From: Lytechinus pictus
Lineage: Eukaryota
DNA: 64,000 nt
Assembly (NCBI RefSeq): GCF_037042905.1
Contig: NC_087252.1
Span: forward strand, 16,618,001-16,682,000
Direction of reading: 5' to 3'
A program made the position numbers and the translations under genes. This document shows, one piece after another, positions 36,804 through 47,700 of the stretch. The notes below the pieces were generated by a model. That model was given only the letters and a program-made list of their open reading frames with translations, searched no databases and was not told where the DNA came from. Positions within the stretch are counted from its first letter, which is position 1; each line of letters starts with the position of its first letter.

Positions 36804-38277
36804 TATGAATAATAAACAAATGATAAAAGTGTCTAAACCCAGGTATTAAGAATGTAAGCATTGACGAAACCTTAAATCTTACCGAGAGCGGCATTAGTGA
36901 GCAAGAGCAAGGTAAAAAAAATGACAAAATGAATGGAAATGACCAGTCGCCTCGAATAAAAGAGTTATTCAAAAACTATATTATTATCATTATTATTATG
37001 TTCATCATCATCATATTAGCAAATAAATGAGAAAATGAATACAATTCTACGTGAGGGTTAACCAATATTGGAAGTGAAATATTCCGGAATTAGTTCAAAG
37101 TCGATCCAAAGTCTCGATTTTTAAAATAGCTATACTTTGATCTTTATCATCGAAGATATTATCATTTTTACACATTGATATCCGGCAAGTATACCTTTTA
37201 CTTTCTAAATCTATTGATACCAGAATCATTTGATCTTTACCAGTTTCCCTCACTTAATGTAATATTTTTTTCTGAAATAGTAAACGGTATCAGTTAATAA
37301 GCCCCTTTGACATCGTTTCTTGCTACTGAATATAGGTATCATCGAATTCTACTTCAGATTTGAGTTGTGTTTATTCGTTCAGAACATACAATCTAAGTGT
37401 CAGGCTTATGCCATCAGATCGGGTAAACGCGTCCAGTCGGGTAATTGCGTAACCTAACCATTCGATAAAAGGGCCCCAAAATTTTCGATATGTCGGTTCT
37501 AGTTTGTGAAAATGTTTGAAAATCATCAGCCAAATAATGCTGCTCGGGTCCACTTTAACCGTTGTTGTGAAAATCATAAGCCAAATAATAATTTATACTA
37601 GGGTTCGAGTATACTTGACCTGACCTTTCTGCAATTTAGGAGGCCCTTTTCTCTAACGGTGGTTACGCTATAACCCGATGTGTCACGTGATGGTATTACG
37701 TAATACAGGAACAAGATTTTCTCAATACATTACTTTGGAACAAGATAGCTTGTGTGAAAACAAAAAAAATAAAAGAAACAGATCAACGAAAGTTTGAGAA
37801 AAATCGGACAAATAATGAGAAAGTTATGAACATTTGAATATTGCGATCACTAATGCTATGTAGATCCTCACATTGGCAATGAGACAAAGATGTGTGATGT
37901 CACTTGTGAACAACTCTCCCCATTATACTTTAGTATATATTTCACTTAAACTGCCTCTTATAACACATCCATCCCCGCCTCCATCAGTAGACCATGTGTT
38001 CTTTCTACACAGTGGCGGATCCAGGGGGGGGGGGCACTGGGGGCGCGCGCCCCCCTAATATTTGAGCGGCGCCTAAGGCGCCGCTCAAAAAAAAAAGAAA
38101 AGTAGAAGAAATAATGAAAATGAAAAAAATAAAAATGAAGGAAAGAAAAAAGGCGCCGCTTAAAAAAATTATACACTGATATAATATTAGCAACAGTAAA
38201 GGAAAGACTATCCCCCAGCAAAGCACGATCATATCATCTTCCTTATCTTTTCTTTTAACTACCCTTTTCCCAACAAC

Positions 38278-38785
38278 TTCGCCGGTTGAAAATAATCAAC
38301 TGGCGCCAATCAAGAATAATCAGCGCCACCTAAATCTAAATCGGCGCCGGACAAGAATAATCAGCGCCATTATTTTGGTTATAAATCGGCGCCAGTCAAG
38401 AAAAATCGGCACTGCCAGAGTCTTAACCGGTGCCGATCAAAGATAATAAGCGCCACCTAAATCTAAATCGGCACCGGACAAGAATAATCGGCGCCATCTC
38501 GTTATAAATCGGCGCCGTTAAAGAAAAATCGACGCTGCCTGAGTTCTTAACCGGCGCCGATCAAGGATAATCAGCGCCACCTAAATCTAAATCGGGGCCG
38601 GACACGAATAATAAGCGTCATCTGGTTATAAATCGGCGCTGCCAGAGTCTTAACCGGCGCCGATGAAGAATAAACAGCTCCACCTAAATATAAATCGGCG
38701 TCGGGCAAGAATAATCAGCGCCATCTGGTTATAAATCGGCGCTGCCTGAGTCTTAACCGGCGCCGATCAAGAATAATCAGCTCCA
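38278..38785. repeat. GGCGCC-containing tandem repeat (about 20-bp subunits, about 100-120-bp higher order)
   Basis: AAGAATAATCAGCGCCACCTAAATCTAAATCGGCGCC and GAGTCTTAACCGGCGCCGATC recur about 4 times. Confidence 0.85.
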
Positions 38786-40332
38786 AAGTGTAGAGCAAAT
38801 CCTTTAATTTTGATCTTATATTCCAATGCTGTAATAAAAAAAGGTCAGTCACTTTTCTTCTTTGCACATTCCACATTGTGCCACCTCTGTGGTCTTTAGT
38901 GTAAGACAGCTACTATAGAGTTTTATAAAGAGGATTCGATATTTTAGTCCAAAACCGTGCTAAAACCCGTTGCTAATACCGGGAGTGTATAATTACGCAA
39001 CCAGACGCATATTCGTTAGACCTGTTGGGGCCGATGTCGGCTGCAACCATTCACTCATCAAGGGTGACAAGAACAGATGAGAGCGAAGGGACAGGCAGAC
39101 AATGTGGTGTGTAGTGTTTAATCATAAACAGAAGAAAAAACGGAATAAACCCTGCATCGTACAGAAGACAAAATAAAACATCATGAGTATAAAATAACAT
39201 AAATTGTTACAAGTTGTATCATCAGTTATTAGACTTCTGTACAAATAAGCATTTCAATTAAAATAAGTTGATATGGGATATCAATATTGTAGTTATTTAA
39301 CCAAACATAATTATTATCATATTATAACATTATAAATTGTCGTAATACTGTAGGCGTTATCATATATCACACGTGTCAACTTCATTTTCCGGAAAGGGAA
39401 AAACACCTGAAATTATTACATCAAAGTATTTCTGACTCAGATGGTCATGTTAGAATTTGGCGTAAATCACCGTTTAGATTAAATAACTCACCCTAGTATA
39501 ATAAGGTACCAGGATTATACATGTATGTCTCCTGGTCAGCTGCGCCCATGGTCAGCAGCCATGTATAATCATCAGCCTCTATATCAGCGGCTATATAAAA
39601 AAAAAGAATAGATCCATTATCTACTATGTATTTCATCATATAAACCGTCACTTCAAAAATGAAACAAGTAATTTTGCAAAACCAAAGCGGGTCTGATATT
39701 TAAGACTAATACCTCTTAACGCGCGAAGCGAGTTAATGAGAGGTTATCTCAGGTCAGACTAGCTGGACAACAACATAGCCCGCCAGCGGTACGTAACAGG
39801 TGTTTTACAAGGAAGGAGCCTGGTCAGGCGAATTCCTTTGCCCTGGCGGAGATATGTTGCGATGCCAAATATGGTATTTTGTCGGACTTCACGAGGAGGC
39901 GTGGCCAAAAAATGTTGCGTTGCGAATTTTGGTATTTTTCGGACATTACAAGGAGGCGTGGCTAAAAATGCTACGTCGCGTTAGCTGACGTGGTAATTTC
40001 GGGAGGGGGCAAAAGCCAATTTCTAACAAGTTAGCATTCTTCTTCGTGGAGTCGATTTGAAAGCATCTTCCATCTCAATTCACCTGTCTTGTGCAACATA
40101 CTTCCTGTATTTTTGTTATTCGTTCGTTGAACTCTTTAGTTGTGATCCTTCTAATTGTCTTTCTTACCCATTCATATATCTTAAAGAACGCTTCGCAGTT
40201 GAGAATTTATTCTTTTATCTAGGAACATACCTGTATATTTGTGTTATATCCGTTTGTTGGACTTTTGAGCTGTTAGGAGTCACAGTTTGCTCTAAGGACT
40301 TTTCAATTTCGCCACCCCTGCATTATTCAATC

Positions 40333-41442
40333 ATGCCCAAGGTTAAGCCAGGCAAAAAGTTAAGTCAGAGGAAGTCTACTCGTCGTTCGGTCCGAGATGC
40401 CGCCAGCCAGCCTTCTCCTGTCGACCTCGAGACAGACGTCGGCCAAGTTTTTACTTCTACGCAGAGCCCAGCTGCTGGAAGTTCGGCGTCGACAACCAAC
40501 GGTGAGTTCGGGACAATGGGGGGCTCCTGGCCTCTTGTGACTTCTCCACAAGATCCGGTCATTCCCCAATTTCAATCCCAAGCTTCTCCTTCTATCCCTC
40601 CTGCCCATGTAGTTGAGGGGCTTAATAGTCATGATAATTTTACACCAGCCCCCAACCCTCCTTTTCCTACGCTGTCTGCGCAGCCAGATATGCTTAGCTG
40701 TGTGTGTGATGATTTGGGCGGGGAGGTGCCTTCCAGTGTTAAGGAGAAGATTTGGAAAGGTGAATTTGTAGAGTTAGGTGGATTACTAAAAAGGGAAAGC
40801 TTAAGTGAGGAAAGTTCCCAGTTGCAGGCCTTCAGCCTTTGTGCCACCGGGTCCGCTTTAATGCTTCGCCCCCAAAGCAAGGCTCCGGTGATCGCCAGCA
40901 TAGAACAGTGGACATCTGCGTTCATTATTTACGCGTCTATATACTTGGAGCGACACTGTATGCGTGCGCGCGAGCTCCTCAAGTATATGGATATCGTTCG
41001 CTCTATTGTGCGTTTTGGGGGTTTCAATTGGCGGGCCTATGACATTCAATTTCGGTTACGTCAGGCCCGTCATCCACATCGTTCCTGGGCTGTCATAGAC
41101 ACCGAGCTATGGCTGACAGTAGCTTCGACGCCCGGTCGAGCAGCGTTTTCGTCTTTTGGGGGTAACCAGCCCTTTCGGCCATACGACCGGTCGTTTCGGC
41201 GGGGTAGTTTCCCATCCTCAGGATATGCCAACAGACAAGGGGCAATTCGGGCCCCTGGCGCCGCGCCTGCCCCCTTCCGCTCCTCACCAGTCTGTTTCGC
41301 CTTTAACGCTGGGTCATGCCAACGCACCGCCTGTCGTTATGCTCACCGGTGCGGAAAATGCTCCTCAGCAGCGCATGGCTCACACGCCTGCAACTCTGCC
41401 GCTGCAATCGCCAAACAGAAGCCTAGCTCCAACTCCAATTAA
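40333..41442 (+). CDS. Gag-like ORF1
   Basis: Probable ATG at 40333 (MPKVKPGKK); KEKIWKGEFVEL and WRAYDIQFR blocks; C-terminal CFAFNAGSCQRTACRYAHRCGKCSSAAH zinc finger. Confidence 0.85.
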   Translation: MPKVKPGKKLSQRKSTRRSVRDAASQPSPVDLETDVGQVFTSTQSPAAGSSASTTNGEFGTMGGSWPLVTSPQDPVIPQFQSQASPSIPPAHVVEGLNSHDNFTPAPNPPFPTLSAQPDMLSCVCDDLGGEVPSSVKEKIWKGEFVELGGLLKRESLSEESSQLQAFSLCATGSALMLRPQSKAPVIASIEQWTSAFIIYASIYLERHCMRARELLKYMDIVRSIVRFGGFNWRAYDIQFRLRQARHPHRSWAVIDTELWLTVASTPGRAAFSSFGGNQPFRPYDRSFRRGSFPSSGYANRQGAIRAPGAAPAPFRSSPVCFAFNAGSCQRTACRYAHRCGKCSSAAHGSHACNSAAAIAKQKPSSNSN

Positions 41443-43006
41443 ACTTGGCAGCATGCTCCCATTTCTTAGACGGCACCATAATCAACATAATGCAGCTTTT
41501 CTGATTTCTGGTTTTAGGTTGGGTTTTTCATTGGGTTTCACAGGCGAGCGTCGCTCTGTGTTCTCGCGTAATTTGAAATCTGCTAGGGAGCATAGGGACA
41601 TGCTGTTGGAGAAAGTTGGTAAGGAAGTTAGTTTAGGGAGAATGTCAGGTCCTTTCCAAGACCCGCCTTTCGATAACTTTCGCTGCTCCCCGGTAGGGCT
41701 CGTCCCCAAGCGAAATCCGGGAGAATTCCGTCTAATTCAGCATCTATCTTCTCCTCGGGGGGCTTCGGTTAATGACCACATTGATTCCGATTTATGTTCC
41801 GTGAATTACACTTCATTTGACAAGGCGGTTGATCTCGTTGCTCGCTTGGGAGCTAGTGCTCTCATGGGAAAAACCGATATAAAATCCGCTTTTCGCTTAC
41901 TACCAGTGAATCCCTCCGATTTTGACCTTCTGGGGTTTTGCATTGATGGCGCGTATTACTTTGATAAATGCTTGCCAATGGGCTGCTCAATTTCATGTGC
42001 CCATTTTGAGCGTTTTAGCACTTTTCTTGAGTCATGTTGCCGTGAAATTGCGAATTCAGAGCAAATTTTGCATTATTTGGATTATTTCTTTTTTGTTGGC
42101 GCAACACGGCAGGAATGTCGTTCCTTGATGTATCATTTTAAGGCGATGTGCGAGGTTTTTGGCGTCCCGATAGCGGAGGAGAAGACTGAGGGGCCCGTTC
42201 CCACTATCATATTTTTAGGGCTTGAAATCGACGCGGCTGAGCAGAGAGTTCGGGTACCCAAGGAGAAAGTAAACGTGTTACAGGCAATGCTCATTGATTT
42301 TGTTAAGAAAGATAAGCTCTCGTTGCGGCAGTTGCAGTCGCTAATTGGCAGCCTTAATTTCGTGTGTAAAGCCGTGGCTCCCGGAAGAGCCTTCCTAAGG
42401 AGACTTATCGATCTTACTAAAGGGGTCCGCACCTCAAACCACCGGATAAGGCTTTCACGCGGCGCAAAAGAGGACATGCAGGCCTGGCTTACGTTTCTGT
42501 CCGATTTCAATGGTACAGTTATGTTTTCACACTCAACATGGGTAACTAATGCTCATTTTCAGTTCTTTACTGACGCTGCGGGTAGCATTGGCTTTGGTAT
42601 ATCCTTCCAGGATAAGTGGGCTCAAGGGAAATGGCCAGCTGAAATACTGGAGAAGAATTATTCCATCGCTTTTCTAGAGCTTTTCCCAATAGTAGTCGGT
42701 ATACGTATGTGGGGGGCTCTTCTAGCTAATTCTAAGGTCTTATTTTGGTCAGATAATCAAACAGTTGTTCATGTTGTTAATTCCTTAACTTCGAAATGTC
42801 CTAGTGTAATGAAACTGGTTCGTTTGCTTGTAGTTCTTTGTTTGGAACATAATATTATGTTCAAAGCACGTTACGTGCCAGGCTCTCGCAATGAAAAGGC
42901 TGATGCCCTCTCTCGTTTTCAGATGGACAGGTTTCGCAGGTTAGCACCAGGCGCAGATCTGGCTGGCAGCAAGCTTCCCGCCCATCTTTGGAGCAGCTTC
43001 ATATAG
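41156..43006 (+). CDS. Reverse transcriptase / RNase H ORF2 (YLDD changed to YLDY; start uncertain)
   Basis: SPVGLVPK, FRLIQHLS, KTDIKSAFR, LPMGCSIS, YLDY, FLGLEID; RNase H FTDAAG, LELFP, SDN, ADALSR. Confidence 0.93.
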   Translation: MGVTSPFGHTTGRFGGVVSHPQDMPTDKGQFGPLAPRLPPSAPHQSVSPLTLGHANAPPVVMLTGAENAPQQRMAHTPATLPLQSPNRSLAPTPIKLGSMLPFLRRHHNQHNAAFLISGFRLGFSLGFTGERRSVFSRNLKSAREHRDMLLEKVGKEVSLGRMSGPFQDPPFDNFRCSPVGLVPKRNPGEFRLIQHLSSPRGASVNDHIDSDLCSVNYTSFDKAVDLVARLGASALMGKTDIKSAFRLLPVNPSDFDLLGFCIDGAYYFDKCLPMGCSISCAHFERFSTFLESCCREIANSEQILHYLDYFFFVGATRQECRSLMYHFKAMCEVFGVPIAEEKTEGPVPTIIFLGLEIDAAEQRVRVPKEKVNVLQAMLIDFVKKDKLSLRQLQSLIGSLNFVCKAVAPGRAFLRRLIDLTKGVRTSNHRIRLSRGAKEDMQAWLTFLSDFNGTVMFSHSTWVTNAHFQFFTDAAGSIGFGISFQDKWAQGKWPAEILEKNYSIAFLELFPIVVGIRMWGALLANSKVLFWSDNQTVVHVVNSLTSKCPSVMKLVRLLVVLCLEHNIMFKARYVPGSRNEKADALSRFQMDRFRRLAPGADLAGSKLPAHLWSSFI

Positions 43007-43908
43007 AGAGAGAGCATCTGTTGTTTTCTTCGCGGGCGCCCGGCACTCATCATACTTATAGGAACGCTTGGTCTGTGTTTAAGCAGTTTCGGCTGCAATA
43101 TCATTATGATATAAGTATACGTCCTGACGTTGAGCAGGTCGCTCAATTTATTGCTTATCTCTCCTGGAATGGGTATGCGGGGGCAACAATAAGTACATAT
43201 ATATCAGGCCTGGCTTTTACGATGCAAACATTGGGTTGGCCTGATGTGACTGACGCGTTTGTAATCCGGCGGCTGGTAGACGGGTGCAGGCGGAAAAATG
43301 CTCGCCGTGATACCCGGTGTCCCATAACCCTGCCTATTCTCAAATCCATCCTAAAGTCATTGACTCACGTATGCGTTAATACGTATGATCTGGCATTGTT
43401 TCGGGCTGCCTTTCTAATCGCTTTCTTTGGTTTTCTTCGAGTAGGGGAGTTCACGTCTCGATCTAGACATGAACCCGTTCCTTTATCAGAAAAAGATGTT
43501 ATTATTCAAGGGATGGGTAATCAAGCAAAATTGCGCATTGTGATTGCGAGGTCTAAAACAGATCAAACTGGACGTGGATGCTCGATTCTAATTCCACAGA
43601 ATGTTGTTTCGTATTTATGCCCACTTCGCGCTGTAAATGATTACCTCGCTCTGCGGAGCTCGGTCGGCTCTGCCTTTTTCCGTCACTTTGACTCGTCACC
43701 CCTAACGAGGCACCAATTTGGCCAAGTTTTAAAGCGTGCCATTAGTTTTTGCGGGCTACCCGTTGCTCATTTCTCTTCTCATTCTTTCCGTATTGGGGCG
43801 GCAACTTCTGCAGCCATGGCAGGTGTTCCCGATGTTTGCATTCAAAATATGGGGCGCTGGGCTTCCAACACACACAGATTGTATATTCGACAACCTCTCC
43901 CCCCTTAA
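42988..43908 (+). CDS. Tyrosine recombinase ORF3
   Basis: Catalytic set intact: FLRVGE (R), SKTDQ (K), HSFRIG (HxxR), GRW, LYIR (Y). Confidence 0.93.
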   Translation: MEQLHIEREHLLFSSRAPGTHHTYRNAWSVFKQFRLQYHYDISIRPDVEQVAQFIAYLSWNGYAGATISTYISGLAFTMQTLGWPDVTDAFVIRRLVDGCRRKNARRDTRCPITLPILKSILKSLTHVCVNTYDLALFRAAFLIAFFGFLRVGEFTSRSRHEPVPLSEKDVIIQGMGNQAKLRIVIARSKTDQTGRGCSILIPQNVVSYLCPLRAVNDYLALRSSVGSAFFRHFDSSPLTRHQFGQVLKRAISFCGLPVAHFSSHSFRIGAATSAAMAGVPDVCIQNMGRWASNTHRLYIRQPLPP

Positions 43909-44806
43909 TTTAAGCAATTTTGCCAGTATGTTTATCACCCTTCTATGTTTAATACCAGTTTGTGCACAATTTAATATCGACCTAATGTTTATTTGTTTTT
44001 GTTTTTTGACAACCCCTAACGAGCAGTAAATATTAACCTTACTCTCTCTCTCTCTCGCTTGTTGCCATGGTGACGCAATAGTTATCTTACCCGTTAATAG
44101 TTCCATGGGCGCAGGCAGAATTGCTCGCCCACTGTTAGTAGATTGTGGTCTTTGCTACACTTATCGTGTTTATGGTAACTATGTACCCCCCCCCCCTTTT
44201 TAGAATGTACAATTGGTGCCGCTGTTTCTTTCCTTTTCTCTCTTCCATGTGCAGTTATTTGGAGTCTCAACGTGGGTTGTGTCAGCATTCCACGGAATCG
44301 TAAGAGAGGAAGGGGACAATTCACGTTTCGCTGACGCGGGCAGTCCCGCTCTAGTTGGGGGCGGGCCCTCACTACTCGGCACGTGGCCGGGTCCTAAAAC
44401 TCAATACATCCGCGAACAGAAGAACACTTGATTTCTTTGTCGCGGAGCGAAATCACTAGAGTAGCAGCTGGTTTACCTCCGTCGAGGACTCGCTGGCTCG
44501 GACGTCGCGAACAGTTGGAACTTTTTTATGAGCAGATGTTATGACCTGAATACCTTATCCAGAACTCACACGTGGTATCATCAGATCTCACGTCCTTACT
44601 ACAAACTTCACTATTTACTGACTAAGCCCCGCCCCCCCCCGCCTCTCCTTTATCTTAGTGCACTAGACTCTTCGCAAGTGGACTGAGTGAGCATGAATCC
44701 TCCTAGATGGTTTAATTGTGCGTCCCTGTTCGTTTAATGCACCCCCCCCCTTTTCCCCGCTTCTTAGCGTGGACCTTGTAAATACAGCATGGTTTGAACT
44801 ATTGGC

Positions 44807-45311
44807 ATCATATTGTGTTGTGGCGGCGGGCTGACGATGAGTCATCCCGTTTGGCGGCATTCCATTTTTTGCCACAACACATTATGATTCTTCACTTATT
44901 TTGGGCTTCCTGAGATAATATTTTTCATTTATTTAGACCAATTTCGTATATTCCACTCCTCATGTTATAATGTGAACGGGGCTTGGTTCGTCACCCGATT
45001 TGGATGAGGCCACCAGCGAATTCCATTTCGGACCGAACATTAACGTTGCCTCGTTCACATTCTAGTTCAGGGCCGTTGGTGGGGCTTCTGAGCACTAGTT
45101 TCTGTTTTAAAAGTTTTCCTGCATAAGCTCGTGTTGCAAACGGGAATCTTTGCTTCGTAGCTTTGCAGATGGAATTTTACGTTGCCCACATTTGGCCAAC
45201 ATGACAAACTGGTGTCTTTGTCATGAATGTGGATGGACTGTTTCAATTGTCAATTGAGGAGATTGGTTTAATAACTTTAATTTTTCGCATATGACACATC
45301 TCAGGAGGCTT
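44807..45311 (+). ncRNA. Putative large structured RNA domain in the 3' region of the YR retrotransposon
   Basis: At least seven compatible helices of about 9-18 bp with G-U pairs favouring the + strand, plus an 8-bp loop-loop match (see findings); family unknown. Confidence 0.55.
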
Positions 45312-46817
45312 TACGTTTATATTATTATGTTTTGATTGTTGCATTATATTATGTTGGCTTTATTTGACAACACATCATTTTGCATTTTGGTATACATCAT
45401 TTGGATGATGCTTTTCAGAAACAATTTTTATTAAACTCCACGGAAAATGCATTTACTCGCCTCTCGTGTATTTTGTCTGGGTTGAGATAAGCATCAATCT
45501 AAATATTGTAAGCAAAGATCGCAAAGAGTACGCTTACGTACATAATTATCATTCCATCGTTTGGTGAATGAATTTAAACATGTCATATAAAAAATGCAAA
45601 GTGATTAAATATCATCACTGTCAATTAAATAAGCTGCATGAAATTTTGAGCAGTTTATTTCGTGGTAGATAGTAAATATTAAGGTGTGTTCAAAGATTCA
45701 AAAGTTATAAGCTGGATATACATAACGACACAATTCAAATTGTAAAACAGTGTGTTTTCTAACACTACTTTGTCCGGCTAGAAATGAACAATTCCATAGA
45801 AATGAGAATATTTTTCGAGTAACGAGATCCTATAAATTCCAGCAAAGTAAAACATACATCAGATAAAATTCAATTAACATACCTGGTAAATAACAACTGC
45901 AAACCTACAGTCAAAAGCTAATGTGCAGCTTCTAAAAGAGTCAACAAGCCGCGACGACTTCGCTTTGTGTTGTGCGCGGGATAATGTCACTGCCCAGCTA
46001 CCGGGCCTTGCCTAATATATCTCTGCATTTAGATATTAATGACGTCACACTATAATGCATCAAAATATGATATGCTAGTGAATATAAATTTAAATCGACA
46101 TTGATGTGTAATATATATATGTATATTTATATTCATGCATCTATGTCCAACAATTGTATCATAATACATGTTTTTAAAAATAATAAAGGGGAGGACTATT
46201 TTTCCTCGGTGGGATGACACTAGACCCACGTGACCCAAAAGTGATTAGGTTTCGCGGTCTGTGATAACATTTTACCACACCCGAATTGGTCGTAGGGTGG
46301 TAAAAAATAGATAAATCAAACAGAAAATAATAAGAAATTAGTTTGGTCACTACAGACCTTAAACCACTAAATATCAATTTCAATGTATAAATACAGTTTG
46401 TCAATACCTTTGTTTTAACGTTTAAATGTTTACGCCACAAAATTTGATTTATTTTCATTTTCCATTAAGTTAGATATTCATCTGATCACTCAGGAGGAAG
46501 TAAAAAAAAAATAACGATATATCTGTAAAACTGGAGAACTATTTCCAAAGCTCTGTCTTGAAGGATCTCTTTCTGAATTCAGTTCTAAGCATTATATCCA
46601 GTTTCATCAAAGTAATTAGATAAAAATTGCTCATCATTACAAATTGCATTATATTTAGTGAAAAGCATCACAATATATATATATATATATATATATAAAT
46701 ACCAAATATGTATATAGGCCTATACATCATGTACATGAAAATTGAATGATAATAATTATATAAACCTGGATTGGTGATGTATTCCAAATGATTCATGACG
46801 TAGTATCATTGTATATA

Positions 46818-47700
46818 CAGAGGCGTCGATCCTGGGGGGGGGGGGGGGGGCAGGGGGGCGATCGCCCCACCAATGAAAATATTAGGGGGCAAACATATCG
46901 TTTTGCCCACACCCCCCCCCCCCCAATGATTCCGCATGTGCAAAAATAAAATAAGTTGGTAATGTTACACATAAATCAGCAAGCGAGATTGAGCTCCACA
47001 ACTCGTTCTTTATTTAAAATCATGCTCAAATTGCCGCTTTTCAGATTGGAGTATAAAAAATTTCAGCTCGCGCTTCGCGCTCGCATCATTTCTGTAGCAA
47101 AACCCCATACTTTTCATGATTAAATAGGTGAATAGAATGTCCCGTGTTCAGTTCTAAACCTCAAAAGAACTCCCGCTTCGATTTGCAATAATGTTTTGTT
47201 GGATATAATCCTGTTCTTTATTAAAAACTTCCATTAAACTGTCATCTTTTTTCAGATCGAAATATCAAAATTTTAAGCTCGCGCTCGCATCTATTGTTTT
47301 TTTTAGATATACCCATCTTAATCATTGGTACAAAAAATGCTTAGAATATCAAGCTTTCTGGTCAGAATATAAAGAAATTTCAGCTCGCCCTCGGCACTCG
47401 CATTATCTGTGTAGTGAGATATGTATCCTCCTCATGAGTTACTACAAACAGTCCTAAACAGGCACCTTTTTTCCTGTTTTCAGGTCAGTATACTAAAAAA
47501 TTTCAGCTCGCGCTCGCATTAATTTGTTGGTGAGATATGTGTCTCTATCTCATGAGTCATATAAATAAATAAATATATATACATATGCATATGTGTGTGT
47601 GCGTGAGTTTGTTTGTTCTGTATGATCGAGCGCCTTTGGAAAGTTGATTCATGATTTTGCCCCCCCCCCCCCAATCTGAAAAAAAGGATCGACGCCCCTG
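46818..47700. mobile_element. MITE with CAG(A/G)GGCGTCGATCC TIRs
   Basis: CAGAGGCGTCGATCC...GGATCGACGCCCCTG in a TA-repeat; four internal TTTCAGCTCGCGC(TTCGCG)CTCGCAT repeats. Confidence 0.8.

Larger units (their letters stand above)
39700..45510 (+). mobile_element. Tyrosine-recombinase (DIRS-order) retrotransposon, Ngaro-like; ends approximate
   Basis: Overlapping gag, RT/RNase H and YR ORFs on one strand; no methyltransferase after RNase H; GC content above flanks; ATTAAA at 45430. Confidence 0.9.

Noticed and set aside
40057..40332. Hydrophobic N-terminal extension of gag in the ORF track
   Set aside because: Starts at TTG in T-rich leader-like sequence; the first ATG is at 40333.
39540..44114. 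12-bp inverted match CTGCGCCCATGG / CCATGGGCGCAG
   Set aside because: Isolated, does not extend, and plausible by chance over these lengths.
44398..44544. Relic SGNH hydrolase ORF (RTRWLGRR)
   Set aside because: Short frame bounded by stops, no GxS or DxxH motifs; the resemblance is only a few residues.
44831..44870. Hammerhead ribozyme core (CTGACGA)
   Set aside because: No GAAA after a stem II and the CTGAC is itself paired; consensus not met.
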